A DNA stretch of 63,782 bases, filler included, from Intoshia linei (GCA_001642005.1; 4 parts of 4 records of this genome joined end to end with filler, not necessarily neighbours in it), one strand, 5' to 3'; positions 16,301-29,281 are shown, counted from the whole stretch's first letter. Notes: a model not told the origin generated them from the letters alone. Program-made: numbers and translations.

Positions 16301-18838
16301 TCAGTCAACCTAGTATTGCATATTCTTTAACGCGATGAATATACCATTACGAAATGTATTGTAAAAAAAGTAAACGTATTGTACATATCAACGAAAATAT
16401 AGATTTAATCATTTTTAATCGATATTTACGAACATAATCAACAAAAATCCTGAGCGGGCAAAAATGTGCCAGCGGGCAGCGGTTTCCCCACCCCTGCACT
16501 AAATATGCATTGTAAATTAGACATTTAACCATCTTATTCGCAGAATCAAAAAAAATTAATTATAAAATTTAAAATTGCCGCGATTTTTTTTAATCCCGCA
16601 AGACACGCTGACAAAAGTTTGGCAACCACTTGATTAATCAATTTTTTTAATTTGTGTATAGGGCCTACTGTTGTCACTCCATGGCTTTATGGATGTGGGA
16701 TATTTGTTTCAATAATATAGTGCCTATGATTTAACTTTAGTTAATCTGCTCCATTATTTGAAAAATTAAAAATTTTATAAAAATACCTATTAATTTTTGA
16801 TGAAACTGTATTAACCAATACCATAAATACGGTAGCACTTTGACATGAAACTCCTATCCACCTGTAAATACAAAATTACGTTAGGTTAATATTTTATGAA
16901 AATAAAAAAACATTTTTCAAGTAAATCAAAGATGTATTCCATACCAGGGGCTGAAGAAACTAGGATCATATGACAGTCTCCCGATAATAACGGCAATTCT
17001 ATTATAAAAGTATAGATTATGTTAGGAAATTTTTTTTATAGTGGGTACTAATTTTTACTTCAGCAGGGTAACGCTGAAATAAAGTTAAACCTTGGATAAA
17101 GAAGACAAATTTTTTTTAAATGTGTATATACAAATTGTAGGCCTGCAATTATCGATTTAAATTACGGGTCCAGTGTTAGCTCTCCGCAAACCTGTGCCGT
17201 ACTGAAATTAACAAAATTTAGCCAATTTTGTTATACGATTAAATTAAAATAATAAATTATTTTATAATTTGTTAATAAAATTACGATATAAAATATTGTT
17301 GATACTTGTTTAATTCATTGATAGGTTGATCTTTATATTTCAATTTGTAATTTACGTAGTACTAATATTAAAATAATTTGAATTAATTAAGTCTTAAATA
17401 ATCCCTATATAAATATGCAAAAATTTCTAGAGAAATATCCAAAATACTCAATTTACCCAACTACTCTTATATAATATAAGTCTTATATTGTGTCGTATAT
17501 TATAAAAATCTTTAAAAATTGGGGGTAAAAAAATCCCTTAAAAACCCTAACAAATTTTTGCCTAAAATTATCTTCAAAACCTTTAAAAATTGGGTGAAAA
17601 AATTTTAAAAACTTGCAAAACAGATCTTTCAGCACCATGGCATTGAAGTATTGTCATTATTGTCATTATTGTTATTGTCAGTATTGTCAATTTGTCACAG
17701 AATGACTCAAAAATAGTTCACATTTGAAAAAAAATATCAAATTAAGTGCTTTAAGACAGCCATCTTCAACAGGGTCCACATCACTTTTTTGGGGTTCATG
17801 ACAATTACATACATTTATTACATATTATAGACATTTTGAGTAACATAAAGTCGTTTTTAAAATATAAAGGCTCAGAAATACTAATATAAAACGTGAAAAT
17901 CATGTAAAAGTAAATTCTTTGGAATTAAATTAAATTACTTAACAATGTAAAAACTTATTGGGTTTTATTTAATTATTTTATTAAAATTTATGACCGAGCC
18001 AAGTTTCTAGTCATAAAAAAGCTTTAAATTTCAAATTGAAAATGGGACAAAAAATTAGTCAATATTTATGATTCTATGAAACATCAACCTAGGGATATAA
18101 AATATTAATTCTTTACAGGGAAGATAGATAATATGGACTTTTTATTGATCTGATAAAATATGAAGTAAACAATTAATAATGTACTGTAAACAATACCTGA
18201 AAAACATGTTTCATTTTGGGAACATTGACGGGTTAAAGGTTAATATTAGTAGTTCATGAAGTTTATCACCTCGCAAAAATAGAGTACTCCATGTCTTTTG
18301 ACCATCATTTGTTTCACCCAAATATAATGATTCATTAAAAATTGTCATTATTATGAATTTTTTTGGGGGTCCACAACGAAAAAAGGTTGAGAATGCCTGC
18401 TTTAAGACACTAAAAAAGGTTGATAAAGTGTTAACCTTAAAATAATCATTATGTAAGGGGACACATAAATCAAGGCAAGATTTTAAACTAACAATTACGA
18501 ATACTACTGATATACTGAAGGGCCATTGGTTTCTGACCTCTTCTTTACATGTTAATACATAATTTATTACATTATAAGAACTAACAAATATATTGTATGG
18601 TATCAAAACTGTACAAGCATTAGCTAATATCGAAAAATACAACAAAAAATTCCAATTATTCACGTTGAAATCAACTAAATTGTTAATTAATTACGAAACC
18701 AATTAAATTACTATGAACCGTAGGTTTAATACGATTCAATTATAAAAATAGATTAAATTTAAAAAATTGACTTTGATTCGGTTGTAGTGGTGTTTCTTCA
18801 TTGATACTTTCATTTAAATCAGTTTCACTGTTTTCCAT
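10374..18838 (-). CDS. Equilibrative nucleoside transporter (SLC29/ENT family), multi-exon
   Basis: Start MENSETDLNESINEETPL. TM1 LIPYNIFV (cf. LLPWNFF); YVVTLCIFPA at ~12200 (cf. TLxxFP); NFATFSIVGSW at ~11740; FTGLTNSF at ~11200 (cf. FxxSNGY); last exon KEATMLMSVFLLVGIIVGLLLG...CH*. Not all internal exons were resolved. Confidence 0.85.
14021..14316. mobile_element. Degenerate hAT MITE
   Basis: Imperfect TIR cagggattaccaac / gttgccgatctttg; TSD ccctaacc / ctttaacc (6/8); tggcccac subterminal motifs. Confidence 0.6.
15690..16313 (+). mobile_element. Non-autonomous Helitron-like element, 3' part
   Basis: Ends in an imperfect hairpin followed by CTAG|T. The same terminus occurs at 26842 and 21837 (+), at 19446 (+, TTAG), and at 15016 and 32169 (-). 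Confidence 0.65.
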
Positions 18839-20825
18839 GCGTGTTTAATTAAAATTAAGCATATATTGTGGTATTTAAATTGTTTAATCGTATATATATG
18901 GATTAATTTTTTGCCATTTAATTTGTATCAAATAAGTTTAAACCACATTACACTATATTGTAGTGTTATTACTTTTTCCATGCATGATGCATCTTTGCCA
19001 TTCATACACATTTCATAACATGTCTACAATTTTGGGTCATTAATTCTGTGAAATTATCATTATTTGTTATTGTTTTGATTTATGTGCGATACGACTATGA
19101 TGTACATTCAGTGTATATAACATAATATAAATTAAAATGTAATTAAAATTTAATCTGATTACTAATTCAATTGAATCAGTGATTAGCTTATCATGTAGTG
19201 TTTCCTTAATTTTTTAAACCAGGCTGAAGAATAATGTGCTGTATTATATATTTCACTTTTATTAATTAATATCAGAACCGTAGAGAGGGGTTTTTAATTT
19301 ATTAATAGGTAATGTTGAAAAATAATTTTTAATATATTATCAACCAATAATTTTCAAATATTTCGATTAAAATAAAAATGATTTTCAATCTTAAATTATG
19401 TAGGTATTAGGTGCTGTTTGTACGTAGTACATAACAGTCAACTTAGTCTTGTATAACACTGGTTATCAAAATAACATTTTTTAAAATTATCCCGGCTGAT
19501 TTTTAAATATTATATAGTTTCTAGCCTTCATAACAATTGAACGAATTTTTGAGGCTCAATGAACTCTATAAACTGCTCTTTGGTAAATTAAAATGAATTT
19601 TAGTTTATTTTCAGAATTATTTTAACAAAACTAATGAATTTACCATCTAAGAATTCTTTAAAATTAATATTTTTTTGAAGACTTGTTTATCTACTTTTAC
19701 TGAAATAGTACACATGAAAAAATTTATTTATCGGTCAATTTGTATTGGTCATTTTTTCCAGTCAAACTACTGAATTTTTTCTACCATCCCTGCTAATTTG
19801 TTAGTAATATTCTAGATAATTTAAGTAGCTACATTTTTAATATGGGTTTTATATACCTGTGAACTCTAGAAATAAACAAAAAATAAATTTAAAAATATTA
19901 AAAAAAACAAAATAAATAATTTATTTTTTGACATGCATAAATAGTCACAAATCATATTTACACTGAATTTTTTTGAATATCTTTTTTCATGTACTTTGAC
20001 AATTTCAAATTTTTACTTTTTACCTTTGGTTTGATTAGAATAATTTCTACATATAAAGCAAAATTGATTTTTTATTTTAAAACAATCTATGATAAACACG
20101 TCACGTGATCAAAATAACAATCAATATTAACAAAAATTTATTAAAATGTTTATTCACCAAGGCAATGTTAAAATTATTATTAAAATTAAAATTTTTAATA
20201 ATAATAGAGTTCAGGGGCTTTTAAAAATTTCACAGATTAGTTTATTAAATATGCTTAACACGATATACCTATTTTTAAGTGGGATTATTTTTCAATGTTA
20301 ACCAGTTTAATACTATCAAAATATATTAAATTTTATCTTTAATTAGATCTCTAGTTTATATTTATCTATACAAGTAAATTGTAATTTGAAAAGTTGAATA
20401 TAACTTAAAAATTCTTCCGTATTACTAAATTTTCTGTTTAACTTTCACACTTAATAAATGGATGACTTAACAAAGAATAATTAAATTGTCAATTAAGTAA
20501 TAAATAAAAAGTAACAATAAAAGCGTGGGAGAATAGATGTCATGATAAAAATCAATCAACTGACTACAAATGTAATTTTTTGAGTACAATTTACAACAAT
20601 GAGAAAGTAATTAATTCCTAGTTTTAATGTCTGTCGTAATGTCTTGCCTATGCAATTCTCCTAAGTAGTTAATTAATATATGTATCGTATTTACATTTTG
20701 AGTCACAAATTGTGACGCGTGGTATATTTGAAATCAAAATAAACATGACAACAACTTGATTGATAAACTATCGACCAATCAGACTTTTTAAAAGACAAAT
20801 TTTATTTTTATCTCGGCAACTAATA

Positions 20826-23800
20826 ATGAATCGTTGTGCAAACACTTTACTGAGAGCATTTCATTTATCAACCAATTCATTATCGTTTTCAAGAATGTCT
20901 AGTATTAAAGTAATGTACAAGGTTTCCACTATAAACTTTTTTTAGAAAGGATTAGTTTTAGGTTTATACAAATCTATTGACTCAGATATTAAGTTTACTC
21001 CGACAGCTGATAAATTCTGTAGCAACAATGATGGGTTGAAAAAGAAAATTATTTTGTAAATTAATAATTTCTATTTATAATGTTAATTTAGATCTCAAAT
21101 TCATGAAAAAGAAGGAAAATCGGCACTTTTTTTTGATGAGGATGAGGTTTACAAATACATTGTTTTTTACAATTTGGGAGATCATAATGGACCAGATTTT
21201 GATGAAATTGAAGGTTTGAATCCTATAAAGGAGAATGTCAGACATGCAGCATATAGTTATATTTTTTTAATTTTTATTCAATTATTCATTTAGCTGGAGT
21301 TTTAACTTTGTCAGAGTTTGTCGACGTGGTAGAAATCGAGGATTTTGAGGATAGCATGTGTAAGCATTTATATTTATATGTATTTTAATTGTTTGATATT
21401 ACAAAGTGAATCATGCATTCATAAATATTGGATATATGAACAATGTTTATTCAACATTTAAAAATAGTTTATTCTTATTGATTTATTTTATTGACGTTAA
21501 TTCACTATTTCCCATCCCTTATTGTGGCTCTACTTTTAGTTACAATTTCGTCAAAAAATGATAAATCATTTTAAAATATTAGGATGTTAATACAGTTGAC
21601 CAGGGATTAGAATTAATTGTTCAAAAATTATTTTTCAATTTAGTGATTTATATGAAATCATTGCAATTAATTGAAAAATAAAAAAATATTTTCCAATTAA
21701 TTGCTTTATGAAAAATAAAAAATTTCAATTAATTGAAGATTGATAACAATATCATAATCATTTTTAAAAAACTGTCAAGTGATTATAATGAATATAATAG
21801 GATGCTGTTAGTTTGAAGTACATAAAAGTCAAGCTAGTAGGTTAAATACATCATTTTTTTGGTGACACGCGTTTCTATTTTTCTAAAATTGCATAGAATA
21901 ATGAAAAGTTGTTAATATTTTATTATACAGTGTCAAACTATTTTATTTGCAAAATAGTATTTAGAAAATATTTTCATATTATTTATTTTATTTTTTTTTT
22001 CGAATTTGGAAATAAAATTGTTTCTGGAAATCCCTATAATCTTAAAAAAAATAATAATAATTAAATAAACGCTTAAGGGAATTATCCTGTTTTTCCAATA
22101 TTATTTTGAAAAATATTATGATTTCTTACGAACTGGAACGCTATCATCAAGATTGTTAAAATTAAATAAACCCTTATGACCGTTCAACCTACGTCAACAC
22201 AAAACGACAGAAATATCTCTACTGCTTCTAATTTCGTTAAAAAACATAGAACACCTTTAAAAGACGTTTAAATTTTGTAAATCTAAGATTCGTCTTATTT
22301 CATTAATTAAATTTCTGTTTATTGCTAAAATTAATTGAGGTCTATAAAATTTGTAATTCTTCTATATTATATATGAATATTAATTTTTAATTTCCCAATT
22401 AAGTTCTCGACTTTTGTTATTTCCCGGGAAATCACTAATTATGTCCAATCCCTGCAGTTGACTAACACCCTTAAATTATAAGACAAAATGCTAAAATTTG
22501 AACGTTGTATAACTTGTGTGAACTAGATTATCTTTTTGTATGATGGCCAATGTTTTTTTAATTCAACAGGGTAACAATGAAAAAAAGTTTAACAAGTGGG
22601 ATTAAAAAATGGATAGAGGAACCAAAATTTTTTTAAATTGGATGTATGGACCTACAATTTTTGGTATCCACGACTCGGCCACATTTAACAACCAATGATT
22701 TATTACATTAACAAATAAATAAGAAATGTTAGCTATACTTAATTTTATTTTCCAACTTTAAGAATTATATTCGTGTTTTCCCGAATTCTAATTGATTTTT
22801 TTATTTAATTAATTCTATATAGGCTCTGCAGAAGGTGCTACCCTGGCCAACATGAGATTTGATGAAATGAAAGTAACATCAAAAAAGAAGAAAAGTTTAC
22901 CAAAAATTACACAATATAAAGGAGAAAGTCCCCACTGGAAGATTGGTAGCATTCTATCCACAGGTCAGAACATTGCTCGTAGACTAATGGAAATGCCCGC
23001 CAATGTATTAACCCCAACCAAGTATGCAGAAGAAGTTGTTCAGTTATTTTCGAAATTTGACGACGTGAAAGTAAACGTTTACGATGAAAAGTGGATAAAG
23101 GAACAAAAAATGGGAATGTTTTTGAGTGTTGCTGCCGGTTCTGCTGAACCACCAAAATTTGTGGAAATTCTTTACAAACCAAAGGCTTTATCTAAATATG
23201 ATATTGGACTTGTTGGAAAAGGGATTACCCATGATACGTACATTTTTATATTATTTCTTTACATTTATTTGCAGTGGAGGTATTTCATTGAAACCGTCTT
23301 CAAGTATGCCGGACATGCGAGCAGATATGGGCGGTAGTGCAAATGTAGTATCTACTATGTACAACCTCGCTTCTCTTGGAACCAAAATTAACATTATTGG
23401 TGAGATATTTGATTTAAAATTTAAATTATATAAAATATTGTATAGGTTGTCTTCCTATAACAGAAAATATGCCCGGTGGAAAAGCAACGAAGCCATCGGA
23501 TATTGTTATATCAAGATCTGGAAAAAGCGTTCAAATTGACAATACTGATGCCGAGGGTCGATTGGTTCTAGGTGACGCTCTCGATTACATTCAAGATTTC
23601 GACATTGTTCACGGAATTATTGAAATGTCCACATTAACTGGTGCCCAAGCCGTTGCGTTGGGAGAAGGCGCAACTGGTATGTTTTCGACCTGTAAAAAAT
23701 TATCCGATATCCTCGTAAAATGTGGAGAAGTTTCGGGAGACAGAATGTGGCCTATGCCATACTACAAAATGTACACAAAACTAATGACCAAATCCACGAA

Positions 23801-24110
23801 TGCAGATGTCAACAATATCGGTTGCTCAAGATGGGGTATTTAATATTTTTTATTTTAAATTATTATAGAAAAAATTAATCCAGCTGGTGCTTGTCAAGCT
23901 GCAGCATTTTTAAAGGTTATTTTCTTGTGTACTGTTTATATTTGTAAATAGGAATTTATCAGAGATAAATACGCTAAAAAGTATGTCCATCTTGATATAG
24001 CCGGTGTAATGGACAATAAATGCGAAGGTGTGCCTTATTTGCCTACAGGTTTTTCTGGAAGACCAACAAGAACTGTCACGCGTGCATTAGAATATTTGGT
24101 TAAAATTTAG
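20826..24110 (+). CDS. LAP3: M17 leucine aminopeptidase with mitochondrial-type presequence
   Basis: GQNIARRLMEMPAN, GLVGKGITHDTGGISLKP (spliced), MRADMGG, NTDAEGRLVLGD, TLTGA, AAAFLKEF, HLDIAG, GRPTRT; stop TAG at 24108-24110. Confidence 0.96.
21601..22454. mobile_element. hAT non-autonomous element in LAP3 intron
   Basis: TIR cagggatt / aatccctg; perfect TSD cagttgac. Confidence 0.88.
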
Positions 24111-24144
24111 GTTTATTGTATTATTTGATATAAACATTTTTATG

Positions 24145-25166
24145 CTATACTTCTTTTTGTATTTGATTGTAAAATTCTAAAAAATATTTAATTTGATTTA
24201 AATGTAAAACTAAATACCCATGTAGTTTAGATATCCTGAATTTTCGCCAATTTCTACCATTACTTTTTCGAATTCACTGTCATCGAATTTTTCTCCACTC
24301 TTTTTTAAAATATCTACGATGTTGTTTAATACAATTAATTACTATTTAACCTCTGAAAACATTTATAGATATTTTCCCGCTATTGTCATAATCAAAGATT
24401 TTACTAAATTTAAATATTTAAATTGTCAAATAGTAAAAAAGATTCAACAATATTAAAATTCCGTGGATATTTATCATGTGGGATGACTGTCTTCTCTGGT
24501 CATTAAGTGAAGGACATGTGTTACATTTATTCAGGGAATGTTGGTACAGTCTTTAAATGTTACTAATTAGTTTTGAAAGGGATAAATATTGAATAAAAAT
24601 ATCTAACATGCTCGTATCATTTAAAATATTATAATTCGATCTTTAGTTGATGCAAAATTAAACATCCCTGAATTAGACTAAAGTATATAAAAATAAAATT
24701 ACAATGCTTGGAGTATATCTTCTACATTGTTTTTCATAATATTCTTGTTTAATAGTTTCATTAGATTTTGATACTCTATACTTCCCGAATTATCTAGAAA
24801 AGAATTTCATAAACTAAACTTTAATTGATTTTAAACTATGAAAAGGTATTCAAACAAATGATTAACAATACAATAATTGTTGAATTAAATATATTTTTAA
24901 GCTTAAATCTTAAAAAAATGAAAAAGCCAAATGCATATGATAAATCACCTAATTTGCTTGCACTAGACGTTAATTCTGAAATTTCTTTTTTTGATGGATT
25001 TTTCCCTATATTCCACAAAAAATGAGGTATATCAGAAATGCGCATTTTAGATCCAGTATTAGCATAAAGTAAAAAGGCGTCCCTATAATCTTAAATAAAA
25101 TAAAAATTATAATTAACGATATTTACCAACACTTTCGTCTTGTTCCTCTAATTTTTCCTTTTTCAT
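24145..25166 (-). CDS. Calmodulin-like / myosin essential light chain-like four-EF-hand protein (~150 aa, 6 exons)
   Basis: Spliced: MKKEKLEEQDESVDYRDAFLLYANTGSKMRISDIPHFLWNIGKNPSKKEISEL... LDNSGSIEYQNLMKLL... DILQAFKIFDYDNSGKISINVFRDILKKSGEKFDDSEFEKVM... SGYLNYMEFYNQIQKEV*. First intron 25090-25126 is 37 nt. Confidence 0.85.
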
Positions 25167-25246
25167 GTTCTATAAAGGTTTATTTGATTTAAACAGCTGA
25201 ATAAACACTTTTATTTCAGTAATAAAATAAATCTTGATAGTTTACC

Positions 25247-25938
25247 ATGAATATTGGCAGTCGCGTGATTAGACGCCATACTTGTACTTGGGACATGACA
25301 AATTTCAATGCCAATATAATTGGTGTAGTGAATAGATATGGAATCACTAAAACAAGGTCCTTCCATGAAAGAGCTACTGTCATTTGGGATGATGGATCCC
25401 ACGGCATATATAGGGCTGGGTTTGCTGGAAAGTATGATTTGCTATTGTACGATAATTCTACTGCAGGTTCATTTTAACTTTTTTATTCCGAATTTCTTAT
25501 ATTTTTAAAATGTTTTAACACAAATTTTAAATATACATAAAAGTGTTTTAGGAATATTGCACATTGGTTACAATTGCTGTGAATGTAATGCTTGTCCTAT
25601 TGCTGGCATGCGCTGGAAATGCATTACTTGTCGGGATATAAACTTGTGCACAAGCTGTTATATGAGTAATTATTCCAATATAATTATGATATAATGTTGC
25701 AGATGATGGTCACAAGGTCAAGCATAATTTCATTCGATTCATCAGCACATATGATAAGGGGTATTTAATATAACGATAATTTAACAAAAAGAATTTTCAT
25801 TTTTTTTCAAAATTTACCTTTAGACACGAAATTGGTCCACGAATATTAAGTAAAATTATCAAAATCAAACAAATTACGGCTGGAAGTAAAGTTGGCCGCG
25901 GTATAACCTGGGTAAATGGAAATGACGATATATCGGCA
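25247..25938 (+). CDS. MIB2: Mind bomb 2-like E3 ligase, N-terminal MIB/HERC2-ZZ-MIB/HERC2 region only (partial)
   Basis: MNIGSRVIR...VIWDDGSHGIYRAGFAGKYDLLLYDN; ZZ finger CCECNACPIAGMRWKCITCRDINLCTSCYM..H...H.F; second repeat AGSKVGRGITWVNGNDD. No ankyrin or RING exons seen before the gap at 26592. Confidence 0.82.
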
Positions 25939-26591
25939 AGTACTACATTATTTTAATCACTTCTGTGTTTCGGTAAATAGAAAATGAAAAAGTGTTTTAA
26001 TTTACACAATAGTTAGACTTGGAGATAACGAATATACAATTATTACTAATTGAGTACGTGTATGTTGGATTCGCAAACTTTTTTATCACGGACTATCACG
26101 CGAAATAACTATCATTCGAAAAACACAACTATTGATTTAGAACAGGGTTCTCAGCGGTGGGCGAATCGCTCCCTTAGAGTGCGATTTTTCTAATTTATTT
26201 CACAAAATACATAATTTAAAAAAAAATTTTTTTATTAATACATAATTAATAAAATATGAAATAACTAATAATCTCTAAAAAGAATTAATAAATTATATAT
26301 TTGTCCAAATCTCAACAATAATAATATATTACTTATATTAGATAGTTAATTTATTAATTCATCGATATTTAAGTGCATCAGAGATATTTAAAATAAAATT
26401 ATTATATTGTTTATAATTAACAATATATTGAATATTAAATTATAATTATAAATTATTTTAATACTTTGTCAAGTCAAAAACAGGTGAGTAAGCATTTACT
26501 GTTCGTAGGCCACAATACTGTCCCAAAAAATTTAATAAGGCCACACCTTTCTAAATAAAATTTAATCAAATACAGCAGTGCTTCTCATGGG

Positions 26592-26691
26592 NNNNNNNNN
26601 NNNNNNNNNNNNNNNNNNNNNNNNNNNNNNNNNNNTTAATTAATTAANNNNNNNNNNNNNNNNNNNNNNNNNNNNNNNNNNNNNNNNNNNN
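26592..26691. other. Artificial assembly spacer
   Basis: 44 N + TTAATTAATTAA (stops in all six frames) + 44 N. Confidence 0.97.
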
Positions 26692-27689
26692 ACATGTGAC
26701 ATTGTATTTATATTTTAATTTTCAAGTAAATTTAAAATTTAAGTTAAGTTAGATTTTCAATGAATTTATTTTTTTGGTATAATAAAGATGTGCTCTCGGC
26801 AGAGCTAGGTGCTGTTTGTACGTAGTACATTAGTCAACCTAGTATTTTATATATTTTTAAATTATAATTTTGGGTTTTCACAAATGGTATTAGGAATCCG
26901 TTGATGAATATACTCAATGTTATCTATATTCACATTAAAGAGCTGAGGGCTCGTACCCACATAATCTGTCAAAATTGGATTACAGTATTCATTTTTGGTT
27001 CTAATTCAAACTATTGCCCAAAAATACAAAAGTCAACATTTTTATTACCTTAACTTTTGTGTTTTGGAAAGATATTATCATACACGACCCATGAATTATT
27101 CCGTGTTAAATAAATATGGACACACAAAATAGGTTGAGAATTCCTCGTTTAAATTTAAAAAAATGGTATATATGAAAATTGCTAAAACCGGCAATGTATA
27201 ATCTTCCAAAATCGTATCACATGTTAAAATGTTAAAAGTATGTTAAAAGGGCATAGACCTCTATTTTTAAATATTCAAAATTTGGGTAGCAATAAAAAAA
27301 ACCAAAGGATTCAATTTATGAGATTTTCACCAATATTTCTTTATTGGAAATGTGGAGACGTTCAATGCACACTTTTTTTGAAATTATAGGATGCATATTT
27401 TTAATTTTAAAAGTCATTTTTTATTAGGAATGCGTATATATCTAGGGTTGATATTTTGTATCTATATCAAGTGAAATAAGCTGTACCAGAATAATCTCTT
27501 TTTTTAATTATAGGACCGTTAATTATTTAAAATTGTTTGTTTTAAAAAAATAGTTTCGAAACAAAAAAAAAATGAATACTAAAGTGATTTTTTTGACCGT
27601 GAGGGCACTTTGTCAAATTGAAAATTTTTGTGTGTTGACTGGATATAACTGTATCAACTGTAATTTTTTTCAAATTCTAAGACTATTTT

Positions 27690-28020
27690 GATTTTTTAAA
27701 AGAGGTAATTTGTGGTTTTGATCGTCAAAATGCACTTTTTTAAGTTTGCGATTTATGATAATGCTTATAATTTAAAAAACTATCCCAGAATTTATGTTGT
27801 ATAAAATTCTACGACTTTTTTAATTTTTACAACAAAGGGTAATTTGTGGTTTGTAAATATATAAGATTTTCAAATTTATGACAATTTCCATAATTTAAAT
27901 ATCTTTATCAGATTGTGTATCTTTTATAATTCTAGGAATGGTTTTAATTTTTAAAAAAAGGATAATTGGAGTTTTTGACCTTAAAGAACTAAATTTCTGA
28001 AAATGAAATTTGCGATAAAA
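27690..28020. repeat. ~85-bp periodic AT-rich repeat family, dispersed (also ~8570-8820, 49570-50120, 58850-59320)
   Basis: Repeated aaa(g)agg(g)taatttg(t)ggtttt...aatttatgataat...aattcta units; contiguous with the Helitron-like 3' end at 15690-16313. Confidence 0.7.
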
Positions 28021-28178
28021 CAATTACACAATTAAAATGTAAACCCTATAAAAACTGTAATAGAAATATGGAATGTTTAAAAGTCGATTCCTCTTACTTT
28101 CTTAAATAAACTGGAACAAACAGACAAATAAATAGACATACATTTTTAACTAAATTACTCTATATAAGTAAGGATTAC

Positions 28179-29281
28179 ATTTAAACTGCAACGTTTTACT
28201 TTTAAAACGCCCCAAATTGCACTAGAAATTGTCTAAACAAAATTTATATAATAAAAATAAAAATAACCATCTGTTTAAATCGCTGAGAAATCCAACGATT
28301 GCGGACTATGCCGACCATGGAAGATGAAGGTGATTCGAGTTCTTGAAGAGCATCAAGAAGAATATAGTCAATAACGATATCATAAAAATTGTACACACTA
28401 ATACCACGATCTCTGTATTCCTCCATGACACTATCTAGATTTATTTCAGTGTAGTCTTGTAATTTTTGAAGACATTCCATGAATCCTTTTGAATCAATAT
28501 CGTTAAATTCTAATATTTTTTTCAAAATATGAATACATTTGGTTTGTACAAATTCTCTTTTTTCATGGCTACGAAGAATAGTGTCGAAAGAATTTCTAAT
28601 ACAATACAACTTGGCCAAGAAATCTAAATCCGATGAACAGCCGACTAGTTCCGTACGTAAAACTCTACACCCCACTAGACTGCAACTTACAGCTTTAATG
28701 CCTTCATTGTACAAAAAAGATGACGTCTCAATTGTATCAAAATCATCCAGGTCAGGAGATTCCAATGCAGTCATAAAAGAAGCATTGCTTTCAGTGATTT
28801 CTCTATCGCTTCTAAGTGTATAATTACTTGCAGCATCAATCGCTACATTCAAGGTTTGAGAAGAATAGGCTAATTTTAACAAACGTTTCGAGTTGCTATA
28901 CAATTGATGAAGTCGAATACGCATGTCGGCATATTTGTTATTTTCATCATTTTTACGTCGTTCGTAAAGTTCTATTGACTTTTCCCAAAGACTAAGGCAT
29001 GTCCGAAGAGAATCAAGTCCTTTATTGTATAGTTTTCTCGCAGTATCAATTTCAAAAATTTCATCTTCACTGCTCTCCGCGTAAATGGAAGAACATGGAC
29101 TAATTATTCTTATTGTATTTTTCTTTTTTCTTGACACTAATGTTATTTCAGAATCATTGTCGTGATTATTCAAATATTTTCGTTTTTTGTATTTCTTTCT
29201 AAGCTGGGATATGGAATATGTCAATAATAATATGCTAATTCCTGAGCCGACAATTATGATTGTCTTTGCAGTTTTCATCAT
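28179..29281 (-). CDS. MIGA: Mitoguardin (MIGA/FAM73), 3' end not resolved
   Basis: N-terminal TM; RTELVGCSSDLDFLAKLYCIR; FYDIVIDYILLDALQELESPSSS...NRWIS; the next exon gives TISSAIWGVLKVKR. Confidence 0.88.

Noticed and set aside
20097-20110. CACGTCACGTGAT E-box/CLEAR-like motif between ENT and LAP3
   Set aside because: A single short motif more than 700 nt from either start; function cannot be supported.
25211-25402. Antisense coding overlap: minus ORF ...MASNHATANIH could splice in frame into the EF-hand gene, overlapping MIB2
   Set aside because: A simpler model (ATG 25166, 37-nt intron, giving VDYRDAFLLY) matches the calmodulin/light-chain N-terminus without any overlap.
26636-26647. 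Palindromic TTAATTAATTAA repeated three times
   Set aside because: Embedded in N runs of fixed length; an assembly linker, not biology.
26863-27260. Possible remaining MIGA exons (LPVLA resembles SPVLA)
   Set aside because: I could not build a stop-free spliced frame linking them.
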